From Psilocybe cubensis (lineage: Eukaryota), in assembly GCA_017499595.2 (NCBI GenBank), contig CM039007.1, forward strand, positions 2,914,001 to 2,978,000: a stretch of 64,000 nt of DNA, written 5' to 3'. Under the pieces are notes generated by a model that worked only from the letters and a program-made list of their open reading frames with translations, ran no database searches and was not told the DNA's origin. Below, piece after piece: positions 11,130 to 25,096 of the stretch. Each line of letters starts with the position of its first letter. Position 1 is the stretch's first letter. The position numbers and the translations under genes were made by a program.

Positions 11130-14100
11130 TTACCGTGGACGCCACCGATCTCCACCAGCAGGCGGCCCACCGCCCCTTCTCCCTCCACCGCCGCCACCGC
11201 CTCTACCAGCGTACCCCCTGTCCCTGTCCCTGTCTTTCTCCCTATCCCTATCTCTGTCCCTATCTCTATCTCTATCTCTATCCCGTTCCCTATCTCTATC
11301 CCTCTCCCTCTCCCTGTCCCGAACACCAACACCGCTACCAGCAAGACTACCACTACCACCACCCCCACCACCACTACTACTAGCACCACCCCAATACCTC
11401 GGCCCACGCTCGACCTCATCACGCTCCCCACCCGCACCCGCACCCACACCCGCACCCGCAGCGCCAAACACCACCACCTGCTTCGTCCGCGCTTTCTCCC
11501 GCACAGCTTGGACGCGCTTCGGCATGTCCGAATCGATGGTGTCCGGGGCGTTCGACGATGACGACGTAGTTGTAGATGTAGAAGTAGAAGTGGGAGTGGC
11601 GTTGGTGTTTACACTCGCGTTTACACTTGCACCCGCACTTGCACTTGCACTCACATTGTCGTTGGCCGTGGAAATGGAAGAGGAAGAGGACACAGTGCCA
11701 GTAGCAGCAGTCGGAGGAGGAGGCGTACGCGCCGTCCAACTCACCCCCCAACCCTTCCCCCCACTCTGCCCCGCACCCTTCCCCCCACTCTGCCCCGCAC
11801 CAGCCACAAACTCACCAGACCCAGACAACAACCCACGTTCCAGCGCACGCTCGACCTTGGGGAAATACGGCGTCGGCATTGTAGGGTAATGTACCGCCGG
11901 GAGATGCAACGGCGACTCTTTGCCTGATTTCGCCTTGGATTTGGGTTTCGATTTGACGTTGGCTGTGCTGGCGGTGTTCTTGTTTGGGCGCTCCCGCTGC
12001 TCGTCGGGGGTTGTGGACGCGGTAGCCGTGGCCGTGGCCGTGGCCGTGGCCGTAGAAGCAGACGCCGATATACCCATACCCATACCCGTACCCGTACTCG
12101 TACCCGTACCCGTGCCCGTACTCGAGCTAGGCAAAGTCACACTTCCATCGACCTTGGGAAAGTACGGCGCCGGCCTGTTAGGATAATGCACCGCGGGGAG
12201 ATGCAACGGCGACGGAGACTCCTTGCCCGCCAGCGACTTTGATTTCGCAACAGATTCCGGTGCAGGTGCATTACCCTGCAAAGCAGCAGCAGCAGCAGCA
12301 GTAGTAGTTGTTGTTGTTGGAGTAGAGCTCACATTGTTGCTGTTGTTGTTGGCAGCGTTCGCTCTAGAAGCACCCAAAGCAGAGTTTGCATTCGCGTTGG
12401 AACTTCCCAGGGGAGGGCCGATGCGTGAGCGCAGTGTCGGCGCAGCAGCAGCAGCTGCTGGTGGTGCAGCTGGTGCTGGCACCGTCGAAGCGCTTCCGCT
12501 TCCCGTAGCACTCCCAGCCACACCCACTGCTCCATTCCCATTTCCATTCCCATTCCCATTCCCATTCCCATTCCCATTCCCAGCATCACTACCACCACCA
12601 CCACCACCACCCCAACTCGTACTTCTCCCCGTCCCGACACCCATCACACTCGACCCACCGCTCGCACCCGCACCCGCACCCGCACCCGCACCCGTGTTCG
12701 CAGATTGCTGCCTAAGCGCCCTCGGAGCCTGTGGCGGCTGTCTATGCGCTCCAGGCCCCCCCATGCCCATGCCCATGCCCATACCCATACCCATACCCAT
12801 ACCCATGCCCATACCCATGCCGAGACCAAGCCCCATAGCGCGCGGCGCACGGGGCGCAGACGGCGGTGGCCGTCCAATATGCGACGGACTGGACGCCGTA
12901 GGTGTCGGTGTCGGTGTCGGTGCAGACGTCGGTGCCGGCGTACTACCGTGCAAATGAGAGTGTGAAAAGCCAAAGCTCGACGCCGCGCTCGGGAACGGAA
13001 TAGACGGCGACGATGGCGCGGTCGCAGCGGAAGACGGCGGGGACGATGCTTTGGCGGTAGAGTTTCCGGCCGTTGGAGGATGTTGGATCTGGTGCCCCAG
13101 TCGTCGGATCAGCGGCTGGTTGTGGATCTGATTCTGCTGGGCCTGCTGGTGCTGGTGCTGGTGCTGGTGCTGCTGGTGGTGGTGCTGGTTCTGACTCTGA
13201 TTCGAGGCATTACCAACCGACCCCCAACCTGCACTACGCAACGGCGGAGGCGACACCTCTCCAATCTCCCTCTCCCTCTCCCTCTCCCTCTCCTTGAACT
13301 GCGACTGAGCTTGCACGGGCGACTGCGCCTGCGCCTGCGCCTGATACACCCCACGTGGACTGCGCGCCGCATACGGAGACAAGGAATTGAAGCTCCTCTG
13401 CGCACCATTACCGAAGGAGAGGTCAGACGAGATGGGAGACACCGAGCGCGCGGTGAACCCTGTGCCCGAACCACCACCACCACCACCACCACCACCACCA
13501 CCACCACCCAAGCGCTGCGATTGAGCATTGGCATACGGGTGCGGATGTGCGTGATTGAACCGCGAGGAGCCGGATCGTTGTGGAAGGGAATGGGAATGCA
13601 TCGGGCGGCTTGTTTCATTGCTAGAAGTCGGATTGGCGCCGGGACTATACGATCTCCGATTAACATTCCTATATAATGTACCAATCAATTTGGTTTTTGC
13701 AAAAAATCAAGAACGAGATTTTATTCTAGACTCACCATCCATTCCCATTCCCATTCCCATTCCCATTGGCGTTGGCGTTGGCATCTGAAGTTGGGTTTGC
13801 ATTGGCAATACCAGCAACAGCACCCCATTTAGCATTCGAGACAGGGCCTCCTTTCTGCAGAGTTTCCATAAGCACATTTCCTTCAGGGACACGAGACAGA
13901 TCGACATCCAACATCTCCTGCTTCGCTTTGAGCGTCTGCACTGGCGCCGGAGCGTCGTTCGCATTCAAAGCAGTCACATCACGTGTCGCGGGAAGAACGA
14001 CGGCGCTGGCCTTGGGTGGCGTTTTCAACACAGAACGCGGCGCCGGCGGTGGACTCACGGGAGGCGGCGTTGGCGACAAACTCATCAATGTAGGCGAGAA

Positions 14101-17100
14101 CGGCCGAGGGGGCGAGCTGCGCGGCGGAGTCGGTGCGCGCTTGACTGGCGATGATGTCACACCCGGAGGGAGCGGCGGGGGCCTGTGCGCGCCATTCACA
14201 ATGGCAGCCGCGGCGGCGCTGAACGCGTCATAGCTGGATCCAGTGAGGGCGGGCTTGGGTATCGATACTGGGGAACCCATGTCGACATCGTGGCTCCTAC
14301 CCGCTTCAGGCTGCGTCTTCGCTTGGGCATGGTCGTCTGTGCTAGTGCTGATAGCCTTGCCAGCATCCAGACCCTGTACCACAGCAGGAGCAGGAGCAGC
14401 ATCCACATTCGCGCCACCCCCACCTCCACCTCCACCTCCACCTTCCCCACCCTCAGTCCCAACAGCAGCAGCAGAACCCCCCACATCCCCATCCTCCGGC
14501 GCCAAATTACTCGCCACGCTCAGCGGCGACGCCTGCGCACTCGCACTGCGCTCGCGCTCCTCCATCTCGCGCTGCTGCTTCTGCTGCTTCTTGCGCAGCA
14601 CAAAATCGCGGAGTGACAGCTTGACCTTTTGCGGTGCGGCAGGTGGCGAGGGCGCGCGCTGTGGTGCGGGTTGAGCTGGTGCAGGGTCGTGGGCTTGGGT
14701 TTGTTCGTCGGGTTGGGCTGGGGTGTCGTCTTTACGGTCTTCAGGCATCGGCTGCGTTGTGCCCGGAGCTGGTGTTTGTTCTGAACTTGATGTTGAAGCG
14801 GACAGCTCGTCGACTGTATGAACCGGCGAAGGAGGCGCAATGTCGATCTTCGGTGTATCCTCTCTCCCCATTCCCTCCCCTTCCTCCTCCTCCTTCATCA
14901 CATCCTCCACTGGTTTCCCCACTTCTCGCTCCACATTCACATCTTCCATCACCACATCACCACCTTCACCTTCACCTGCACCTGCACCACGACCCACACC
15001 ACTTTCTTCCCCTGTTCCAATCTCGCCACTTTCAACACCCATCGTACTCATCCCAGTCAAAGGAGGCGGCGTAGCAACCTCCCACTCCGCTCCACGCACA
15101 GTCGTGCCAATTACAGGGGGTGGACCCGCTTCTTCCCTTTCCTCACCCTCCTCCTCGCTCTCTACGCCCTCGTCATCGCGGTGCAGATGTTTGTCGACAC
15201 CAGCATGGTCAGACACTTGCACGTCTTCGAGTGGTAGAGGAGAAGGTGCAGACTTAGCTTCGTCGACAACATCGATATCCATACGAACTTGAACAATGGA
15301 TTCCGCATCATGCTCCTCCTCATGCTGCTCTCGATCGCGTTCCAAGTCAGCCACTGGCGTAGATACAGATGTAGCGCTCTCCACAGAGGTTCGCAAAATG
15401 GGCACAGGCGTAGGCGTCCGAGACCCCGCACGCGCGACCTTTTCATGACTCGACACCGATACAGCTGTGTGTACAGGCATGGGCGTGGGCGTGGGAGACT
15501 TGGTCCGTGATCTTCTTCCCCGCGCGCCACTCTCCCCATCCCCATCCTCATCCTCTTCATCCACATCCATCTTCTCCGCCTGACGTTCGCCCGATCCTTC
15601 ATCACCATACCGAGCAACTTCTTCCTCCCGTTCCTGCACATGGTCCAGTATAACACTCCCAGCCCGCCGGATCGGCGTCCACTCCTTTTCCTTTTCCTTT
15701 TCGCTTCCATCCTCCCTAGGGCCACCAATAGCATCACCAACCCCACCCACCTCCGACGATTTCCCCCGCTGATCTCCGACCACAGCCTCACCAGGAGCAG
15801 AAGCAGACCACGGCATCTTCGGGCTCTCCCGCTGTCCCACGCCCATCTCAGCCAACAGCGCAGGCGACAGCAGCGACAGATGCGCAAGCTGCATGAGCGG
15901 CGAGGCAGCCGCTCTTTCGAGATGTGCACTTGACTGGACGGGTTCAGCGTGCGTCGATGTCGTGGATATTGCGGAAGATGGTGTAGGGACAGGGACAGGG
16001 ACAGGGACAACGGGTGTCTGTATAGGCGTAAGCAGCTGTTGCGTCTCTGCATTGGGTGGTGGTAGCTGTGGCGATACAGATACAGACGGTGATGGAGAAG
16101 TTGGGAGACGCGCGGTTGTAAACGGCGAAGGCGAGAAAGGCGGGTTTGCTGTGGAAGTTGAGCTCGTCGCGGGAGACGAAACGGGTGGTGGCGCTGGACC
16201 AGATGATGGCATCATTGCAGACGCAGGCAGAACTGCAGGCGGCGGCGGCATCAACGCATCGCGCGTGTCTGCGCCATAAGCCGATGGATCAAAGAATACA
16301 TAAACATGAAACAACGCACCTGTGTTTCCAGCGTCCTCGTTCTCGTGCGTGCGCTCGATCCGTATTCCAAGACCAACGCGGTCCGTCACATTCTCGATGT
16401 CCTTTGCAACCTTCTCAACCTTCTCCCTAGCAATTTTCTCTACTTCAACCTTCTCCGCCAATTCTCTCCTTTCCTGTTCCTTATCCAAGGGTTTTACACT
16501 ATCTGCCTCAGTGTTATTGCCTGGTGCAGATGCGCCCTCAGAAGCAGATGCAGCAACAAGTGCAAGCACCTGTGCCTCGCGGTGCATCCACCGCTTGCGC
16601 ATCTTGGGCGGCATCCGCGCCTCCTCGACCTGTGTCGTACGTTGCGACTCCGGTGAAGGTGCAGGGTGGATCGTAATGCTTATGCCAGGATCAAAACCAT
16701 CTGCAAAATTCAGGATAAGCTATGATTCTCGACGCAGTGGCACTTAAACGGCCAGGACAACAGAAGAATGCAGCGTACCTGGTGGATCAGGAGGGCGAGG
16801 CTCAGTCTCGGCGGTCGGATGCATGCGAGAGACGGGGTCCTTGTGTATGCGCGCTGGCGATCGGGTTTTCGTCGACTCTGCATTGTTTTTGGACGTCGAA
16901 CGTGGGTCTTCAGTAAAAAAAAGTAAAATACAAAGGGTCGGTATAAATTGATCGGGGATCACAAATGAATGAGCAAGCGGACGAACGAAGAGTGAGAAAA
17001 ATGTTGAAAAAAGAAAAGAGCTGGAAGACGCACCTCGTTCCGCATCACCCATCTCCACGTCCACATCCTTATTCGTGTCGTCAACGCCATCCCTGAGATC

Positions 17101-20100
17101 CCGCATACGCTCTTTACCCTTCCCGCGCCGTCGGAGCACACCTTCGTCCGTCGGCGAGAGCTCGAGCCCAACATGTCCATGTCCGTTGACACCATTGACC
17201 TTGGCTTCGTTGTCATCCCGCTTATCCTTCGACTTGACCCTTTCCCTTTCCTTATGCTTGTCCTTCCGCTTCCTGTGCTCCTTCTCCTTCTCCTTCGCAC
17301 GCGCACGGCCTCTGCCATCGTCATCATCATCGCTACCGCCAACAATTTCCATTCCACCCATCCCACCACTCCCCCTGATTCGCTCTCTTGTCTTGAACCC
17401 TCTCTTAGCACCCACCAGCGGTCCTAGATCCGGCACATTTCCGTCCCAGCCCACACCATATCCATATCCATATCCATATCCATATCCGCCTTCCCCAACA
17501 CCCGTACCCCCAGGCACATCCCATCCAGCCACACCTGCACCAGCCCCAACGCCTCTCCGGACACCTTCCACGCCAACCCTCTCCACCCTCTCCACAAACG
17601 CGGCCATCTGCGTGAGCGCACAGTCTCGTGCGCGCGAGCCGCACGCGCAGGTCGTAAAGAGCGATGCGAGGGATGCCAGTGTAAGCGAGAGGCGCGCGTG
17701 TAGGGATGTGAGTGCTTCGGGGCTGGGTGTGTCGGTGAGGTCGGGGTTGGGGAAGGATGCAAGAGATGGAGCGCGTAGGTCGATGTAGGGTTCACGGTTT
17801 TGAGAATGCGGAGGTATCGAAGTCGAAGTCGAAGTGTTGTTGATTGAAGAAGCAGGTGTACAGGGTGTGCTATTGTGTCGGTAAACTTTCGATAAAACGT
17901 GACAGAGATAAAGGGAAATAAAAAAAAAAGGAAAACATAAATCCCAAAATAACATGGCATCAATTCGATGCAAGCAAAACAGAAACCCCAAACGCCCAAA
18001 ATTGATATACAAATTTCCAAAGTACAACTCGCAAAAAAGATATAAAACTCACCTAAATACCCACGGCGCCTTCAACACGGCTGGTAGCATGTGCACTGCG
18101 TGGCCATCATCCCACTCCCAACCAAGCACCACCTCTTCACCTTTTTGGAGTTCGCGCAGCGCATAGACGCCGAATGTGAGAGTTTCGGGCTGACTTGTAG
18201 AGTCGTCGTCGTCTGTGTCGGACCCAGAGGCGGAGGAGCGTGAAGAAGATGGAGATGAAGAACGGGAAGAAGAACGCGATGACGAACGGGAAACCGAAGA
18301 GGTAACAGTCGCGTGGAGGTTTCGGGCACGCGCAGTGTGTACAGAAGAAGAGGAAGAGGAGGCGTCGCTTTCGGTATCTGAAGACGGCGCGTCGTTCTTC
18401 CTCTTCCTCTTCCTCTTTGCCTTCCTCTTCGCCCTCTCCCTCTCCTTATCATTCTCCGCCTTCTTCAAATCCTCCTTCGCCTTCGCCTTCCGTTGGGAAT
18501 CAGCACACACCCGCGGCCGGAGCACCGCATTCGGTCGACATCCACTGCGCACAAAGCGCGCTTCGCCACCAACCATACGCGCATCGAGAGCAAGATCAAG
18601 GTGTCCTTTGCCTTTACCTTTGTCCGCGCCCGCATTCTCCTTCTCCTTGCCCTTTCCTTTGGCGGTGCCTTTGTCACCACTGCTCACAAAATGCACACCC
18701 GGCCGCGGCATACCGGCCCCCGCATACCCATTCAACACATCCTTCACATACTCCGCCGAACTCTTAATCTCCGCATGAAACGGCGCCACGAATTCGCCCG
18801 CTTGTATCCCTTTCGAAGCCAATACGCAGTATAGCGGTGGCAGCACGCCGGGGTGTGCGGGGGAGAGCGCGAGCAGCGCGGGTGGATAGGGAGATGTGCT
18901 CGAGGAAGAGGCAGATGTGGATGTGGAAGGGAGGAGATGTAGAGTTGTCTTTGATGCTTCTGATGCAGGTGCGGGTTCGTGGCCTGGTGTATTTATATAT
19001 GTATAAGCACAATCTAAAAAAAATAGGCGATCAACACTCACCAAGTCCATCCTCGCCAACCGCGCTCACTCCACGCCAACCGCGCGCCTGTCGCCTCAGT
19101 CGTCGCCGTGTCTCGTCAGAAGGTACAACGTCATGCGTGACGTGTACATAAGTCTCCTTCCACGGTTCGTCTGCAGGTGTATGTGGAGTAGTGACAATGT
19201 TTGCATGTGCGTGCGCAGTAGACGTTGAAGATGGTGGCTGAGTCAGAGGTTGAGGTGGTGGCAACGAAGGTGGGTAAGGGCCTTGCGCCGAAGACGAAGA
19301 AGACTGGTAAAAGCCGGTACTACTATTGTTGGCGCTGATACCCACGCCATAACCCGGTGTATGGCTCGCAAAAGGAGACGGCTCAAACCCACCTTGGACG
19401 TAATGCGGGTTCGAGCGCTGGTACTCCTCCTCGCTGCCTTGTCCGTGACCGTTAGGCGTCAAAAACCTCACACCCATACCCGCCCCGGGACTATGCGCGC
19501 CCACAAGCGGCGACGGCGTATTCGGTTGCGCAAGGGAGCCTCTGCGTTTCTTCTTTCCCCCTCCTGGTGCAGCAGATGTCACGGAGAGATGCGCGCCGTC
19601 AGGTGTGGCAGCGGATGCCGCGCTCGGACGTCGTCTACGATCGACACCAGGGCTCACCTTTCGCCTCTGCTTCCCGCCGTGGTGCGCCTGCTGCTGATGT
19701 GGGTCATCCGCGCTCCAAGGCGAATACGGTGTCATCTCTACATCATGCTCTGCTGAACCCATAATTGAGAAATAATCACCTCCAGGCTCCCATCCTCTCC
19801 CATTCCCTCCATTATCGAGACCAACACCCAATGCCCTCAGCCGGCCCTCCATTCTCCTCCTCGCCCGCTCTTTTTCCTCTCCCTCTCTACCTTTTGACCC
19901 CCGAGGCACGCAAAACGCACAAAAGAACGTCTCGGGTACGGGTCCTTCTGCAGGAATGCCGAAGCAGAAATAATGACACCAGCGCCCACACCTGTCGCAC
20001 GCGATCGAGAACCCATCGTCGTAGGTGATGGTACAGATACAGTCGATGGGTTCGGTGGATATATCGGGCGCTTGCGAAGATAGCTGAGGTAGTGGCTGGG

Positions 20101-21151
20101 ATGGCGGTTGTGGTTGAAAGTGGGATTTTGATGGAGGTTGTGATTGTGGAATGGAGGTCGAGATCGAGGTTGCTTGCGGTAGTGGTTGAACAGGCGCGGG
20201 GAATGGAGATGATGTGGAACGTGGCGGTGCAGCCGTAGACGCAGAAGCATGGTGTAGCGCTGGCGACCCAGGACTTTGAGAGGGTACATGCGTTCCACCC
20301 CGTCCCCTCGCAGACGTTGATACCGGCGGAGGTGTAGGTGAAGGCGGTGCCATCGGAGGTGGTGGCAAAAGATGCTGTGGATGTGAATACATGTTTGTCG
20401 GGGTATGTGTGTTCGGGTGCAGCTGATGGGACTGCTGGTAGGACGAGGACGACGGTGTCGATGGGCGGTGCGCCAGTACACTGGCGCTCGTAGGATGCGG
20501 GCTGGCTTTGCCTTTCCCCTTGTTGCTGCTGTGGCTGTTGATACCGATATGGCTGATATGACCACCGTGACCCGCCGCCTCATACCTCGCCAACGACGAG
20601 GATGCGGACGCACGCCCGTACCCTAGCCCAAGCCCATACACCTGCCCTGGGCCCCTCTCGGCATCGACAAACCCGCCCTCAACGTCGCCTTGTTTGCGTT
20701 TGGCTGGGACAGTTGCTGTTGTGGGTCTTGACGGGCCATTGGGTATGCTTGTTGCCGCTGATAACGTCGGAGTTGCTGTGGTTGTCGTTGTGGTTGTGAT
20801 CGTTGATGTTGTTAAAAGGGTAGAACTCGTGGGTAGACCAGCTGTCGATACCAAAGGCGTCGTTGTGGTTGTGGCTGTTCCCAACGCCGCTTTCGAAGGT
20901 TTGGAGGAAGGTAGCGGCAACGGTGAATCCGTCGTCAGAATCGAGTTGAGTGTCGCGGAGGACGTGGCGCCCGTCATTTTCATTGGTGTTGGTGTGTGTG
21001 TATGCGTCGGGGTTGGTGTACGTCCGTGGTGGTGCTGTTGAGTATGCTGCGAAAAAAGCGAGCTGGACGTCGATGTCGATGTCGATTGAGCTGGATGGCT
21101 GATAGACAACAGCCCAAGTGCCGCCTCCGAGTCGCGGGCATCGAGGTTCAT
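11130..21151 (-). CDS. SET3: Set3/Set4-like PHD finger + SET domain chromatin protein, roughly 3,100 aa, mostly low complexity
   Basis: PHD finger: IDCICTITYDDGFSIACDRCGRWCHYFCFG...FFCAFC. SET domain: LALDARMVGGEARFVRSGCRPNAVL...FGVYALRELQKGEEVVLGWEWDD. The ORFs join through GT-AG introns, e.g. ~18052-17871, ~17033-16910, ~16779-16702 and 13735-13669. Confidence 0.8.
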
Positions 21152-21977
21152 ATGTTCCTCCTTCTCTTCGTCCCTTTCTACCCTCGTCTCCTTGTTCTTT
21201 GTTTCCTCGCCTTTCTGTCCTGGACTCTCTCAGAGGTGCCTTCTCAACACCGCCTTTCCCTTTTCCAAGTCCAAAACTCCAAATCCAATCGTTGGCCTAA
21301 CCCTTTCGTTCGAGAGCCCGCCGTGCAAAAACCGCCGCCTTTCTTATTTTCTCCTTCAATCCTTCGTAGCTTTGTATGCGGATGCGAACGCTCGACGGTC
21401 GTCCACAGCTGTTTAGTCGTCTTTTCTGGTCGTTGTTGCCGGTTTGAGTGTCCCTCTTCGTCCCCTCGTCGTCGAATCGTCGATGTAGAATGGATAGTAA
21501 GCTAGGGCGAGGGTTGCCCCAGAGAACGTAGACAAACCCTCACAAACATGAACACGCCGGTATGCCGGCTGAGTCATTGCGAGGTCGACGTGTCAGGTGA
21601 CGCCGCAACAGGCGCCTAGCGGGCCCTGAAAATGTTGGCGTTGACCATAAAAGAAAATCTGGTTTGAATCCTACTGAAATATAATGATTTCAATTATGAA
21701 ATTGAATTAGAAGATAATTTGTTGGCTGAACAATGCCACGAATGATTATTGTTGAAAGTCTTGAAAGCTTGAAATCGCACGCTGCCGAGAATAAATTCTG
21801 TGTCCCGCTTTACGGCTTCCCGGCCAATTGCAACAGCAAGTCAAACACGTTGCTACTTTCGACAACTGTGAATCGGGCTCTATCGTTCCAGTACATACTA
21901 TCATTTAACAGGGATTAAATTTGACGCATCCTTTGACAAAAAGTTCTGCCTAACTCTCCCCGACTCTCCGCGATTCC

Positions 21978-23239
21978 CTATTCAGAATGCAAATTTGTGG
22001 ATTTAGGCTTCTCCTCGGCTTGAATACCTGCTCCGTTCAAGAGAGAATTGGCCGGGATGTTTGATGATACTCCATGAGTACCGATGTATGAGACACCTCC
22101 AGTTTCCTCGGTTTTCATCTGTGCAATAGCCACTCTTGCAACCACAATGGTCGGGGCTATGCCCTGAAGTTGTATCATATGTTAATCACCATCAGGAAAG
22201 AATATCACGAAGAATTGTATAATGCGCACCGTAGCAAAGTACATCAATTCCTGAAGATAATCGTTCACACGATTCATGACATTTACCAGGTCGCCGCTTG
22301 ACGGGAGAACACTCTGGATAGCCTCTATCAGGAGAATTATGGAATAGATGGCTGCTGACTCGATGACTATCAAAACAATGTGATTGAATTTCTTTCTGGA
22401 AGGGGAAGCCAGGTTATGCTCCCTCGATACGATGTGTATTCTGTGGCCTATGAGAAACGAAGTCGATGCAGTTGTTGCGACGGAGATAAACAAGAGGGCT
22501 CCGGTGGTAACATTTCCGGCGACTACCTCGCTATGTGTAAGCGAAAATTTTCCAAACTTGATCAAGAAAAAGGAATGTGTAAGATATAGGCCTACGTTGT
22601 GCCATCTCTTTGTTAATCACAGAGTAATAGTAACATAATCATCCAACGTACCACATTCAATAGTGAAAAGAACCAAAGGGATGGCTATCGATCGTATCGA
22701 CCCTCCCCAGACGTGATAGCATCTCCATATCTGCTTATATATAATCGTCAATTAGATGTAGTCAATGTTCATGTTTTATGTACTTACCAACAATATATCC
22801 GCAATCAAAATTCTCGTAAAGGTAATCACGTCGCTCACCACTGGCATTATGTCATTGGTTAATACAGGTATCAAAGCAACGCCCCGCACAAGTGTCCATT
22901 GAGAGCAAAATGTGTACAAAGTCAACAAGTAGAGGATGGATATCAAAGGTATCACAAGGAATTTATTCTTTCCGGCTGGTTTCTTAGACACTTTTAATGT
23001 AAATCTTAGTAGGCGATAAGAAAGTATCAACTCATTTACGCACTGTATAGATACACTGTGCTTCCGTAGACCAAAGTGTATACACCTGAAATGATAGCTC
23101 AGGTCAAATTAGCACCTTTATGAAATCTGATACGCATACCTATAAGAAAGTTAAATACCATTACTGAGTTGATATCGGCCGATCGAATTTGTGTTAGGAT
23201 TTCGGGTGTGATTGTAATGGTATCAGAATTGTCAGACAT
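21978..23239 (-). CDS. Multi-pass (about 7 TM) membrane protein, intact paralog of 6859-10451
   Basis: MSDNSDTITI...FNFLI/GVYTLVYG...SKKPAGKNKF...LIADILL/IWRCYHVWG...IESAAIY.../GIAPTIVVARVA...LHSE*; same intron positions as the paralog. Confidence 0.85.
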
Positions 23240-23550
23240 GTTGTTCAGGTGGGCTGCAGCGAGTGTGGTATCTTCATGAATTCACACTTCACCTTATATA
23301 TCTACGTCGGAAAGAGAAGTACATCAAGATATATGGGATTGTACTACAATTCAAACTACAGCAGGCAACGTTGGTCATCAGCGAAAACATGATCAACATA
23401 TTTAGATTGATAGAAACATAGCGGTAAGTGGCCCTTGTTTGATCAAATCATGGAGGCACAATGCATTTCCCTGCTTTTCCGTGATACCATGGCTACTTGT
23501 GTGCCTCCCAAAATACCAACATGATTTGAAAGTACATCTTTGTGATCCCT

Positions 23551-24024
23551 CAGGCCCCGGGAAGCTCCCCTACAGGCGTATCCCCGCCGGACCCAAAATA
23601 TTTGTCTGAAATCCGCGAGATTTTGGGTCTCCAATCCGCGAAACCGGACGGTCATTTTGCCAAGACCTTCCTATTTAGGTAGTTTTTCTCACCCTCGGAC
23701 GGAGTCAAAGGAGCAAAAAAAGGCGCAAAAAATTCTACAGCTTTTTTCAAGCAGTCTTTTTCACAGTTCTTCTGTTTTTGGCAGTCAGAAAGCATTTATG
23801 TCCTCACAAGGAAACTAATTTTTGTCCATATTTGGCAGTGCGCCCTATTTGCCGGCCAGACCAGCCGCCCATGCAGATTCTTCTCCTCAAATCCGCAGTG
23901 CCCCGGTCAAAGGTAGGCCTCCGGACCTCTCAAATCCGCGAAAAACGGACAGTAAAATGCTATTTTTTCAGGTCTCAAATCCGCGAAAAGTCGATACGCC
24001 CCTTGGGGAGCTTTCCGGGGCCTG
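23551..24024. mobile_element. 474-bp MITE with ~32-bp TIRs (CAGGCCCCGG[G/A]AAGCTCCCC) and a probable 6-bp TSD
   Basis: caggccccgggaagctcccctacaggcgtatc matches the reverse complement of gatacgccccttggggagctttccggggcctg. Flanks are ATCCCT and ATTCCT (1 mismatch). Internal AATCCGCG subrepeats. Confidence 0.75.
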
Positions 24025-24123
24025 ATTCCTCTGATTGATAGCTTTTTATTAACCTTGTTCCAATTCGGCGAAAGTTTGTTTATGATGTCCGTTGTTCGGA
24101 GAGTTATAGACAAACAGAATCAA

Positions 24124-24225
24124 GGGCTGCCCCAGGCTCCGAAAACAAGATCCTTGTTTCAAGTCGTATACATAAGTAGGCTCCTCTCGATACAAGAGTC
24201 TGGTTCTAGGAGCCAGGGTCAGCCC
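24124..24225. repeat. Imperfect ~40-bp-arm inverted repeat (degenerate mini-foldback)
   Basis: gggctgccccaggctccgaaaacaagatccttgtttcaag vs reverse complement gggctgaccctggctcctagaaccagactcttgtatcgag. Confidence 0.6.
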
Positions 24226-25096
24226 TAATTAGACCTTATAATTAAATCTATGGCCAACGTCGGGATATTAAGTCGGAGTATAAATACGGCTGCGTGATCA
24301 GCCACATCAGCTATTAAAAATTCATCCTATTATGATCTGATCATTATTCCCAATCAGTATGATTAGATGTTTCTGAATTTAAATCAGGACACAATCTCAA
24401 TCCGCCGAATCAAAATGCTTATAGCTTGAGAACATAGTTATTTCATTCTTGCCAATGAAAAATCTGTCCCTTTGATCGTTCAAGCTGTGTAGAAACATGT
24501 AGCAGAATCTGAAGGTCAGAAGGTCTGCTTCTTGTAAGTATCATTCTGCTATATGTTTCAAATGAGATGTTACAGTACCTGCTGGAAGAAATATCTGGGT
24601 CATCCGGCATCTTGGTATACCTTTCCATTTCACTAACAACAACAAACCAACAAACATGCTCAAACCCACTCAAACTCTTCAAACGTAGCTCTCGTACTTT
24701 ATGCTTAATCATTCACTTAAACTGCTCACAATACACAGTTTACAATAGCGGAGCAGGTAAACATATATTTTGGAGTGTTCTAACCCATCACATGGGAGAC
24801 CCAAAGATATGTCAATAGGATGTGTTCTTACTGAGGCTCCAGGTACAATTTTTTCCAAGACAACATGATTACTATATACAATCATCACGTGCACAAGAGA
24901 CTTTTAAAGCGAAATAAATTGCCTCAGCTTCTACCCAAAGAATACCTCAAACAGCCTTGTAATAATCTTTATAGGAAATAGTCATGTGTATAGTGTTTGT
25001 CTACAAAAAGGGGACCTATTTACATAGCAGTTGTTTTATACTTTTTGTGTACAGGACCTATATCATCTATATTATCATATTTAGCCAACATCCCAA

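Noticed and set aside
11105-21505. Numerous antisense and alternate-frame ORFs over the SET gene
   Set aside because: Shadows of GC-rich, stop-poor low-complexity coding sequence.
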